DNA from: Lingula anatina
Lineage: Eukaryota; Animalia; Brachiopoda
Direction: 5' to 3'
DNA: 64,000 nucleotides
Assembly (NCBI GenBank): GCA_051362555.1
Contig: CM120647.1
Span: forward strand, 17,150,651-17,214,650
The notes under the pieces are model-generated. The model was not told where the DNA came from. It saw only the letters and a list, made by a program, of their open reading frames with translations, and ran no database searches. The position numbers and the translations under genes are program-made. Each line of letters starts with the position of its first letter. Position 1 is the stretch's first letter. Positions 42,301 to 55,500 of this stretch are shown here, piece after piece.

Positions 42301-45300
42301 TAGCAGCAGGTGGGGCGACATGCCTTGTGGTAGTACCGCGGGGTCCATTTGTGAGAAAGATCCAGGTATGACATGAGGAATTTAAACAAACTTTTACTAA
42401 ATATTGTCTTGATCTATTCTAAGTGAAATAATTAATTTACTTTTAATACTTATAGCAGGTAAGGCACTGGGATTTTTGGAAATGTGTTGGCTATTTTCCC
42501 TGTCCTTTTCAGTTTATTGTTACAAATAGCAGTCAGTTAAGAAAACATATCTCTACAAATACGCATGAAGATGGCTGCACCAGCAAATTGGAAAACACAT
42601 CATTGAAATGGTCTAATTAAAATGAACCTACATGCTCTACGTCTATCTTTTTTTATTTCAGACTACATCGGATGTTTTACAAGAACAGGAGACGGAGAAG
42701 TGTCATTCACAAGCGCCAAGATGTCCATACAATATTGCCGGGAGACTTGCAGAGTTCACAACGCGGATTACGCGGCGCTTTTGAATGGGGACACGTGTCA
42801 CTGTATTGGCATCGGTACCGTTTTTCTTCCATTCTGCTTTGATTAAGTTTTCGCCAGATATGTAGATGTATTTGTGTAGATAATGACTTTTTACAAACGT
42901 CTTTGTTTCATAGAAGTGAAGTTAGTCAAGATTTTCTATTCATTTATAAACAGTTTTTGAATTTCCGGTTGCTGAATAAAATGTTTATATATTCCTTTTA
43001 ACAAGGGCAATAAACTGCTAGGACACATGATGAAACAAAATGGCATATGGACTGATATATGGCTAATGAATTGGTCTTTGAATTCAGGTGGAGCTAACAT
43101 CACTGCGTTTAACATCAGCAACCAGTTACCTATGACGTCATGTAACACACCGTGTCCTCGCCAGTCTATGCAGTACTGTGGTGCTGCAGATAAATACAAT
43201 GTCTACAGAGTTACGGGTACGTAGTAAAGTATCGCTAACACAAATGTCTTCAACATAATAATGCATTTACGTTCATTTTCTAAATGAGTTTGGTTTCTTT
43301 TTGTCATGCTTTTGTTATTATCATTTTATTGTCGTTTTACATTTTCCCAAAACAACAGTTTACATTTACTTGTTTTTGTTTTTTTTTTTTGTACGTTGTA
43401 AAGTATCGCTAACACAAATGTCTTCAACATAATAATACATTTACGTTTATTTTCTAAATGAGTTTGGTTTCTTTTTATCATGCTTTTGTTATTATCATTT
43501 TATTGTCGTTTTGCATTTTCCCAAAACAACAGTTTACATTTACTTGTTTTTCCTACTCAGTGGAACACTTTTGTGAATGGTGCTATTCTTGTTAATTGAA
43601 ATTTACTTCTGGGGTGTTTTTCTTGTCAGGCGTATCAAACCCTGAATATGCAACGTCTTGTGAAGAACTGCAGCAAGTTGGCATTCCTGCGGGACAATAT
43701 CTCACCAAACCGGGTACCTCAGCTGCCTCGGAGACTAACTGTTCTTATGTCAACGGTGAGTGGTCAGTATAGTTAAAGGAAGGATTGGCTTGGACTGAGC
43801 ATCGGTCTTACTTGATTCATGAAATGATAGGACTACGAATGGGATTTAGTACGTAACGAGACGGGATCTCTCTCTCTCTCTCAAGTGAATAAGTGAGTTC
43901 ATACATGTACAAGCATATTGGAAACTGTAGTTTGTAGCTTTAACATTCCGTAATGTATGTTTTACTTCATCCTTCGACCACTTCAGACGACTGTCCTGCT
44001 TCATGGATTACGTTCAAGGGACATTGTTATCTATTTTACCCCGGTACTGAGAGCCTCAGCTCGGCGGAGTCAATATGTGCGACTGATGACGGCCTGCTGG
44101 TCTCAATTCGCGACAACGAAGAGAAGACGTTTACACTGGACGTCCAGGCTCAGGTGAGAACATGGATCGTTATATATATATTATTTATTTATGATTTTTG
44201 CGGGAAACGTTTAAATAAATGATCTTACTTCTGAAATCGATGAATGAGAAGAATCTGTCATGTAACGCATGTTTTAGTGTATCCTTCAAACAAACATATA
44301 TTGTTTGTTATCTCACCGGTTAAGTTGAAATCATAAATTGATTAACCTATTAATATAAGATAAAAAATGTTCTTATAGAAAAGCCTGTCGACTGGTTAGA
44401 GTACAGCTTATCAAGGGGACTTATCTGTATTAAAAATAAATAAAAGATGTAGTGTAAAGTGTAAACTTAATATCAGAACATGTGTTGAAAAGTTATGGAG
44501 GGAATTTATTATGCACACCACTTTCATCTCTCAAGTATAGAATACAAAGTTAAAAACAGTCTCAAAGCTTTATTTTATAATGTATATTGCTAGGGTGGAA
44601 TGACAGAGAAGAAATTTAAGATATTCTCATTATAATAACCGAGTAGCAGTAAATTATTGCAAACAGTGGAAAGCGGTATTTCCATTGGAACTGTTCCGCC
44701 AAGTTGAAAACAAACATATCTTAAAAGTTACGACTCAGTGTGAGCCTATTCTATTGTCGCCTTTTGCCGTCTCATGGCCATTCTGTGACTGCGAATACTG
44801 ACGTCATGCCAAGCCATAACGTCATAGTCCTTCGTTATACCGCCAGAGGTGCCTTGGCAAAAACCCATGCCGTTTGTTTAACATTGTACTTTTTTATTTC
44901 GACAGGTCCCTGTATACAGTTCAATATGGTGGTTCTACACTGGTGGATATGCCAGCTCCCAAAATTCTTTCTTCCGCTGGTCGGATGGAAGTCTCTTCAA
45001 GTACAACACATGGTATCCCGGTCGTCCATCCACGTCCAGCAGGCAGTTAATATTGTTGTCCGGGAACGCTCATAGTGTGAAAGGGACGTTGCTGGACTGG
45101 TATGGCCCTGATTATGGGCGGCAATTTATATGCAAGAGGGAATCAGGTGAGTGAAACATCTAAACAGTAGCTGATATATGTTGTCCTGTTTTTCCCGCGA
45201 GAAATTGACACTCACGATCAGGATAATGTTCGTCATTTTAAGCATGGGTTGTGTAATCTTACCAGGTAACCCAGGTAATTATGTCAGTACACCAATAAGG

Positions 45301-48300
45301 TAATTCTGTTATTTTGTTGAGATATGCTAACTCTCCGATTACACTAATACAAACCCACCATGTTACCTATCAGGTTACAAGGGTTGTTACACTTTGGCTT
45401 CCTCAACGTACCGAGAGGTTACCAATATCCCAAGTGCCACAGTGGAGCAGTGTATCGAAATCTGCAGGGGCATGGGACGTGCGTTTGCCGCCATGCAGAG
45501 CGCAAATTGTTTTTGTCTGCCCGATGTCGGCAGCATCACTGCCAGGGGGCGCTCTGAGTGTAGCACAGCCTGCGGGGGTTATGATAAACAGATGTGTGGA
45601 AGCTCGAGTCGACTGTCAGTTTATGAAGTTGGTAGGTTAATTTATATTACAATATGTGTGATGTTTATTTATAGTGTATAATGTATAATGTGTATGATGT
45701 GGACTGATAAATGTCCATTAAGTGATATGAGGTGTTTGTTAGTAATGTTTAGCAAGGCACCTTGTATGAAGTGCTTATTTGTAAACATTCGGTGGTAAGT
45801 GGTGTGTATTATTTATGATTACCAAATACAACCACATGTACCAGTAAAAACACATGCAACACATATCCAGTTTTTTTATCTTACTCCTTATGTTTAATGA
45901 CAAAATGTTCTGTTCGTGAAGGGAAATACTTCAATATGGGCGAGAGCTGCGAGGAACTATATAACCTTGGAATCCGTATATCCGGTAACTACAAGATTAA
46001 GCGCTATGGTATAGAAATTACCGTGACGTGCAATTTTGCAGGTGAGTGTTTGATTTCCCCACGGCTATTTCCGTCATAATTCATAGTTCAAGTTTTATAT
46101 ATAACCGAACATATGAAAAACACATTGCCGAATTTTTTGTCGGAGTGTGACTTACTTTAGACTATTACGAATAATAGACAAACGGCAGATAAACAAACAG
46201 AGAAGTAGATAAGCAGAAAACCTTTTTTAACTAAACCCACACCTCTGAAATTTCCAGATGACTGTGACCTATTTCAGACAAAACATTTACCTGTACATCA
46301 TTTGCATGTTCCTTTCCAGACAACAGTCCTGGTTGCCCTAATGGGTGGGTAGGATGGCGAGGCGACTGCTACATATTCAAGACCACCCCTCTGGACTGGT
46401 CAGCCGGGAACGACTGGTGTTATGGACAGGGCGGATATATGACGTCCGTGCTGGGCAATGGCGAGTGGAGCTTTATAAAGACCACTTTGAGAGGTATAGA
46501 CGTCATAGCTTCTGATGGGAAGACGTCTTCCCGGAAGAATTATGATGGAACCAATATCACAAAATACATTTTTTACCGAAACATTGGAATACTATTACGT
46601 AGTCGATATTAATCATTTTAAATACGATAACATATTATTAAACAGAAGTTCTTATCTTTATATTTACCCATTTTGGCCCTACACGAAAATTTGGACCAGA
46701 CTTCTATCTTACGTACAATCTGTGAAATACATTTTATTTAAGGTCCAATTGATATCAACCAATCGTGTCCCTTAATTGAGTTTTGTTAATAACCGATTTT
46801 CCAGGTATAAAGACATACGCAGACGAAACTAACTGGTTCATAGGTCTGTATGACCCACAGGGCATTGACCACCACACGTGGGTTGATGGTCACGTGCACA
46901 CGTGGTCTCCTCACCTGATCCAAGGATCTGCGTCACAGTGTGTAAAACTAGTGCGCCAGTCGTACTCATCCAACGCTGGAGCAAATGACATGTATAAATG
47001 GACATATACCAGCTGTACAGCACAGGCTAATTTTATCTGCAAGAAACCTAAAAGTACGTCATTTATATATGATATTGTTTTGATTTTTAAATGTCTCATT
47101 TTCGGATTTCAGTCTTCATTGCTGTTTTTTACAATTATTCATCAAAAGGTGAATCCAATTACGCCTCCATACAGGGTTTTAGTATGTTTTAAAATGAACA
47201 GTTATAACACTTTCCGTATGAAACAATAACATTGACATCGATATAGATATAAGGACAGTACCTGTATCTTAATATCTAAGACACACGTACAACAAGGTAT
47301 TTAAACACTAAATCGTGCCAATTTGATGGCATTAAAATAAGGGAAAAGCAGAAAACTCCATGAAAGATAAAAAACGATAAAAATTCATCTCCAGGCTCTC
47401 TCATCCAATTCTTTAGGCATTATCGGCTGCGTGCCAAGACCGCCCGAGACCAAGCAGACGTTTTTGAAGTACGCTGGCGCCATGACAGTCACTCAGTGCA
47501 GGACACTCTGTCTTGGACAGAACTCGACTTACTCCGGGGTGGTGGATCGGATGTGCTACTGTTATAATGATCTCGATGCCAGCGAGAGGCAGACAGTCGC
47601 CAATGGGCAGTGTAATACGCCCTGTGCTGGGAACGAGGCTCAGAGATGTGGCCACAAAACGGCGGAGAGGGTGTCGTTACATTATACAGGTAAAACAGGA
47701 AATACGGGAAATCTTTGTTTCGCTAGTTATTATTTATCACTTACTTTTGCAACTTTATTGCAAAAATTCGATTTCCAGACTTTACTCAAAACGTTATGAT
47801 CGCACAGTAGCTTATTGTACATTTTCCACAATTACGATCACGAGTTATGCTTGACTTTTGCATCCATGTGAGAAAAAGACGTCAAAGCTTTAATAACTTT
47901 TTAGGTTGACAGTTTGTGACGTAAATAATTTTGTTCAAAAAGAAACCCGCTCAAGCACACACGCACTCTCACAAATGAAAAATAACATCTCGTCTCGTTA
48001 AACCAGGTCTTGACTGCCCTGAAGGATGGGTACTAGATAACAACCGATGTTACATGTATGATACTGCACCCAGAACGTACTACAACGCTTACGAGCATTG
48101 TCAGCACCAAGGTCCAGGAGCAACCGTTGTCAGCATAAATAACCAAGCTGAAAATGATTTTCTTTCGACGTGAGTTTGATATCTAAGCGCATATGTACAA
48201 CAGAACAAAATTGTTAAAAACCATGGACACCAATTGGTTTTAAATCTTGTTTAGCAATTTATCAGCCTCAAATAAACGGATCACAAAATGAAGGCATGTG

Positions 48301-50560
48301 TAATGACTTGCTGTAGTTCACTGGCTGAATTTAGTAAGACCAATGTATGAATCATACATTTACCTACACTACAAGTGCACATAAACTTCATTGATCTAGT
48401 ATGACGTAACATTTTGCCTAAAAGAGTTTATGATTAAGCCCAAAGAATTCCGAAAACACACGATACTATTATAAATGGAATTAATAAATGGAAAATGCAC
48501 TTAAATAAACGAAATTAAAAATACCACACCAGGTTGAATATAACCGACTCGTGGCTGGGAGTTTACAAAATGGACAGCACGTCCTCGTGGACTTTGGAGG
48601 ACGGCAACAGTGTCACGTGGACGAACTGGAACAGTAATCAGGTCACGAGTGCGCTGTGTGTCACGTGGGGCGTCAACGGCACGTGGATGGAGACCACGTG
48701 CTCTGAAAGCCATGGTGTCGTATGCGAAATGGCATCAGGTAAATTTTTTTTTATTTTTATTTTTTATTTTTTTTGCGTTGCATTCCCTTTTTTTATTATT
48801 ATTCACCAAAAGACAAACAAAAATACATATGTAGACACACACACTAACACACACACACACACAATAACACACACAAGACATTCATTATACATTAAGTAAA
48901 CATGTAGATAGCCGGCCTACGTACGAAACAGTAATTATTTTTACATACGTGTACACTGTGGAAGTGATGGTTTTTGTGATCCTTCAATATGTGCGATATA
49001 CCTGTAGATATATAACCAAACCACACATGTACATGCAACGAGGTTTGACAAAACACACCGGTAAACTGAAGTGACATTACGTTTGAATAATTGGCTGCGT
49101 AGATAGTAAGTAAATCAAATAATAGATTTAGATGTTCCGGTAATTCATTTTACAGCTTAGCGCGAACGCCTTTAAAACAAACATGATGTACAGGTACATG
49201 TAACTTCACAGTGACATATCACTTACACTGTTGCTGCATCCTTCCCTAGGTCCTCCGGAATCACTGTTGTCTACGTGTCAGGAACTTTTAGACCAGCGGG
49301 TTCACTACAAAGGCACCTACCTCCTCTCGACTGGTCACCAGCAGTGTGGAATTTCAGGTACAACCAAGAGAATAAATACCGCAGTTTTTATTTAATGTGT
49401 GTACCAGCTGGCAGTGATACATCGAGTACTCTGACCGCCTTATTATCGCAGTAATATCGTAATACCATTGTTCATCATTCGATATCGGGTCCAAGAACGA
49501 TGATCACGGCTCTGACAGTATGACTTTCTACATCCTGTTCATTGACGGGCATAAGTATTAAGCACTGTAGTGATGACATCGTTCACTGTAGCTCTATGCA
49601 CTGAATAATGTGCAATGACGACAAAAAGTACCGCTGCCAAGTTAAAATCACATATGGTCGACGTCACATACATTGCCAATGATATGTATTGTTTAGAGCC
49701 TTATTCATTTATTGCGCGTCTGCAATGCATATACAGTATGTTTAATATAAAATTAAATTTGGGCTCGGTCTGCAATCTCAGTTTCACCAGTATAGCCATT
49801 TTGTCTGTAGATTCCACGACTTGTGCAGACGGCGTGTCCTACGCATTCCGCGGCAGTTGCTACGAGTTCGTCACCACGGGAAAGACGTTTGAGGAGGCAC
49901 GGTACAACTGCGCCAGTCACGGGAAGCAGATCTACGTACCTGAAGACGGGGAGGACAGCGCCATGTTGTTGGACGTCATGAATAATATGGCAGAGCTAAA
50001 CGGATATAATGAGTGGTGAGTCATGTAGACCCGTTCTTGGAAGATGCAGGCATGTATAGAAAAAGTATAATGCAATAATGTTAATAATGTTGTTAAATTA
50101 TTCAGAAAAACGAAAGTGGACATTCATTATTATAGTTTCATTTATCTATTTATTAAATTTCTGTTTATATGCCTGTTATTTTTATAATTATAATGATTTA
50201 TGAGTACCACTTTGGCTGCTTTTGACGGTTTCATAAATGTCAATATACAGAAAAATAACTTTATGCACATGGGCGCCATTCTCTTCACCTAACAGACACA
50301 ATGAATCTCTACTCTACAGGCTAATCGGTATCTATGACCTTGGCTTTGACCACCATTACGTCACCACAGACGGCTCATTTCTGTTCCAAACCAATTGGAA
50401 CTCTCCACCAACGTCACGTGAGCTGCAGTGCGTCAAACTGACAGCAGCTGGTTGGTCAGAACACGACTGTGCCAGCCCCCTGGCCTCCATATGTGAAAGT
50501 TCCAACGGTGAGGCGGTGGTCAAATGGGTTTTCAACTCACGTACTCTACTGTTAATACTA

Positions 50561-50613
<53 letters not shown>

Positions 50614-51707
50614 TGTCAAGTTGTAAAGGGGGTTTTGATTTACTGTTTGTCTCGTTGCTTGTCACCAGCCTAACTCAAAAAAGTAAGGGATAGGTTGTGA
50701 TTAGGTTTTCAAGATGCATGCAGTTCAAAAATAGGTTATTGGTTGTGGTTTAAATCCTGCACAGTCCTTAATGTTCGCCAGCTAACACGTACCATATTAT
50801 GTCGAAAAATGAAGAGTGCGTAGGACATTTAAACTGACAGCTGTGGTAGTCAGACTTTTCTAATACATGTATAATAAATATAAACCCCAAAGGGTTTATT
50901 TCTGCTCATTCAACGCGCTGTCTACTGGTATTATGTTGATACCATTACATCAGCTAGTCCTCAGTTCTCAAATAATAAGTTTTAAATGTTTAATATATAT
51001 TTTGATAATATCTTTCTTCCTACACAGCTTACTTGGGTTGTTTCCCCATCCCCGCCTCCCCTGCTGGCTATTCCTACATGATCAACTCGACCTCAATGAA
51101 TTCCTTGACTTGCCGGAAGTATTGCCGAGGTCTCGCGAGACCACAGCCGTATAGCGGCGTCAGCGGGATCTCGTGCTACTGTATATCGAGAATTGACGTG
51201 AGCACCAAGATCTCTGACAACGCTCAATGCACCGCGGCCTGCCCTGGGAACCCCGTTCAGACATGTGGTGGAAGTGGAACGATGTCAGTTACCATAACAT
51301 GTAGGTGTTGCTGTGTTCCTTGCTATGTGGAGATTACAGCGGAATCTGCTGGTTGTGTTCCACATCAATGCGGTTCTTTCTTTCTTCCTGTCTTTGTGTC
51401 TATTAATGCATCGCTAGCTCGCTGGCTTTATATCTCTCTCTATTAATGCATCTCTCTTTCTCTGACCGCACCTTATTTTTGTTCACATTTCGTTATCAAA
51501 GGGGAATTTTTTTCTATTGTGATATTTAAGACTCCTTGTTTCTGTCCCCCAGCTATGTACTATATCAAAGAGGAGTCATGTGAAGACATTTACAACCAAG
51601 GTGTCACGATGCCGGGCTGGTATCGTATTCAGCCACGTGGATTGGACCGCATGGCTAGGGTGTATTGCTTTGGACCAGGTATATTTATAATCATATATTC
51701 ATTCATA

Positions 51708-51774
<67 letters not shown>

Positions 51775-52511
51775 CTTTATACAGGTTGGTGTATAAAAAA
51801 CGACCTATTTTACTTCCCATACCACGCTGTATTTATTTTATACAACATTTAAAGGTTAAAGTATTATAGCGTTTCTCTATACATGTAGTTATAAAATATG
51901 TCATCTAATTATTAATCATTTATCCGTCCATTTACTTATGACAATTACTTCATGCTTTCAGAAGTTGCTCAGGACTACCTACTGCAAGGCATTGCCGACA
52001 GCGCCATGGAGTTCTCCTCAGCATATGAAACACCGGGTCCAAACGGCAATCTGCAGGGGGCCAATTACATACGGTAATACTGTAGCTAGTTGTCAGGTTT
52101 TTGTTTATTTATTTATGACTTTGACTTTATATGCATTTAAGTAGGTATTATATCACATACATTGTGCGAGGGCCAGAGCTTTCCAAAATATTTTTCGTTT
52201 TGAGGGAGGAGGGGCATGCCGACAATACACGCAAGCAGGTTAATAACCCTATTACATGTATTTGCACCGCCGGTAGTATTCAATGAATTAAGAAATTCAT
52301 AATAATAATAATAATGATAATAATAATAATTAACGGCAATCTGCAGGGGGCCTGCAGATATATATATGCGTACTTCCGATGGACTGTAGGAAAAGTAAAC
52401 ACAATATCAACTATGATACCTACGTTTTAACCCTGCCCCGCCCCCTCCCCACTACGACGAAGGACCTCTCTGCACCAAAATTTATTGTGGAAATTATCGG
52501 TATTTTTGCTG

Positions 52512-52548
<37 letters not shown>

Positions 52549-55500
52549 TCATCATCACTTTATTTTTTTCTACCTAACTCTCCGATTAGTATATGAACAC
52601 ATTCGATGACAAGAGTCCATAATAATTATTGAGCTTAATTGTTTTCCAGACTAGATGAGAGCAGCTACCAAAGTGTCAATGCATGGCGACAAAATGATTC
52701 GGATTCCCACCCTACAGTTACCATCACGTTCCCTGAGCTGTCCTATATCACCGCCGTGGTCACCAAAGGTAGGATTTTGTTTATTATTATTATTATTAGT
52801 AGTAGTAGTAGTAGTAGCAGTAGTAGCAGTAGAAGTATGAGTAGTAGTAGGAGGAGGAGTTTAAAAAGGGTTAGTAATTGGAGCGGCATAATCAGTAGGA
52901 GAACGAAGTATAGTAGTAGCAGCAGTAGTAGTAGTACATGTAGTAGCAGTAGCAACAGTGGCCGCAGCAGAAGTGGTAGTAGTAACAGCAGTAGTTGTAT
53001 ACTGGTAGTATAGTGGAAGTAGAAGCAGTAGTAGATGTGATAGTATATAGTTACGTTGTGTATATCTTACGAGACCATCATGCATGCGTAGGACTTGGAC
53101 AATGTTCGTATTTTGCTCCTAATGAGATCTTTAAATATACTGTGGTTTGAAAAAATTATCCATTCTACTTAATGAAAGCAATGTGGATTTAAATGAGCTA
53201 ATGTGCATTCGAGAAAATTGCCCTAAAACGACGTTCCGTTCATTTTTGAAGAATTGATAAACCACCATCTTGAAACTTCAAAGCACATCAATCCTGATAA
53301 TATTTCCTCCAGAACCTGAAGAGTGGCTTACTTACACCACTCCGCCAGGCCAGAACGTCCCCCAAGTAGTCAGAGAGATCGACTTAACCGGAACAACCTT
53401 CCTGACTTTTGACGCCAAGGCACTGAGGAACGTCAACATCCTGTTGTCGACGAGCGAGCACGAAGCGCTAGGTACCGTTGGCTATTTCGTTGCATTCGGA
53501 AGCTCCACAAATGCGGGTACAACCTGGATTAAGTTTCACAAGGACGGTAGCGTCATGACTCAGGTCAGTACACCAGGAATCACTAGTAGTAGCGAGTTCA
53601 GATCGTACTGGGTCAGCTGGGCAAATGGAGTCGTGGAGGCAGGAACGGGGAAAACATATGGAGCCAATAGGGTCTTGACATGGACGCATTCGTCTCCGTA
53701 CAATATCCGGGCACTCGCCGTGATGACGTATAACACCATTTCCGGAGTGGAGTGGCGAATTCCACACAAAAGTGAGTCAACGAAATAAAATCTAAATACC
53801 GTATAACATTTTTATTATTAAGTGATATTACATGTACATGTAGGTCATTTTATCTGTACTTAGCTTCATATTTGAAATGTTTGTTCACCAGAAAAAAATA
53901 CTAAATTGTTTAGCATGTCGCACCCTTTTTTTTATTGAGAAAAAACGAGTAGGTCTACTGGAATTGCACTTTTATCACGATACACACATCGGTACATGTG
54001 CATAAACATGAGACCAACCGACGTTTGAACTGGATGAAAAGTGCAGTGTACGTTACATTTTCGACTGAGAAAATTACATTTTATACAGAAAGGATTACGG
54101 TATATGAAGCACTGAGAATTAAGGCCATCTGCATGTTTGTGGACTCTTAAAAAGAAATATAGAAATAAAAAAAATAATAATAATGAGCTTGTTAAAGGAA
54201 AAGCAGAACAGTAACAACGAAACGTTTATTATTTCCGCTGAAACCTTGCTGCAGAGATTGTGGCAATGTATTTTTGGCATTTTGTTTTTAGGTTCTTAAC
54301 GTAGAATTCAATTACATGGGCTGTATTACAACTTTCAGAACCAAAAGGTATAGTGTATGCGTATGCACCGGAAGCAAACAGCGTCCACAATTACGTACCG
54401 GAAGTGAAGTTAACAGGGATGACTTCTATAACTTTCGAAGCAAAAGGGTGCCACGACTTGAACATATTCTTAGCAGAGAACGCCCAAGATGCACAAGGTG
54501 GGACAACCGGCTACCAAATAATTTTGGGTGGCTGGGGTAACACCAAGTCAGCCATTCGACGTGTGCATGAGGGGCCGATCCTTGCTGAGAACGCCACAAA
54601 TTTTGCGAATTGCGCCTCCTACGTACCACTATGGATAAGCTGGGAGAACGGCATGGTGAGAATTGGCGAGGGTCTGGAAGTAGGGACGGGACTTTTACTG
54701 GAGTACAGCGACTCTGCCCCCTACAACGTGGCGACATTGACGGTCATGACCTGGTCAGGGAGCACAGGGGTCTTCTACAAGTTCCATTACACAGGTAAAA
54801 TTAAGAAGAACATAGTAAAAAAGTTATGATTCAATTAAATTAATGGTTAACGATGGGTCAGAGGGTTGTGTATCACAAATCCTCTACAAGATCTTAGCTT
54901 CGTGATGACACCAATGCAGAATTCTTTCTGGACAGAATTGTGCACAGGATTACCCATATGGATTTTTTCTATAGGACTCTATCAGAAATGCGCCCCAAAA
55001 TCATTGCCTCCTATAGAAATAAGACCTTCCTGTAGATAGGAGTCCTGTGGGACATCCTGTAGTATTCCTATACACAAGAGTCCTATAGGATACCTAAAGA
55101 GTCCTGTAAGGTTCTCGAAGAGTCCTTTAGGATTTCTGTAGAGTCATGCAGAGTCATAGGGTTCCAATATGTACAGGGTTGCTACTTAATATGGAATATT
55201 TTTTATCATTGTTATTTTTGAGTGCTGATTAAATATTTTTTGGCTTGATTCATCAAAAAAGTATATCATTGATTGAGAAAAATATCCAGTCTTCCATTGT
55301 GAGATATTTTGGTCAATAATATCAAATCTGACATAAGATGTCATTCAAAAGAAAAGAACACCCCCAGAAAACCATATCAACAGTTTGATGTCAGTATTAA
55401 CTTTAAGCTAAGATATTAAAGAAAATGATAGCCTCCGGACAGTGATAAGTTACACAGTCAAAGAAATCATTACAGTAAATCATGAAAAGTCATCAATAGC

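Noticed and set aside
52639-53085. Poly-Ser, poly-Leu and Thr-rich ORFs
   Set aside because: Only 52650-52768 is exon; the rest is an (AGT)n intron tract.
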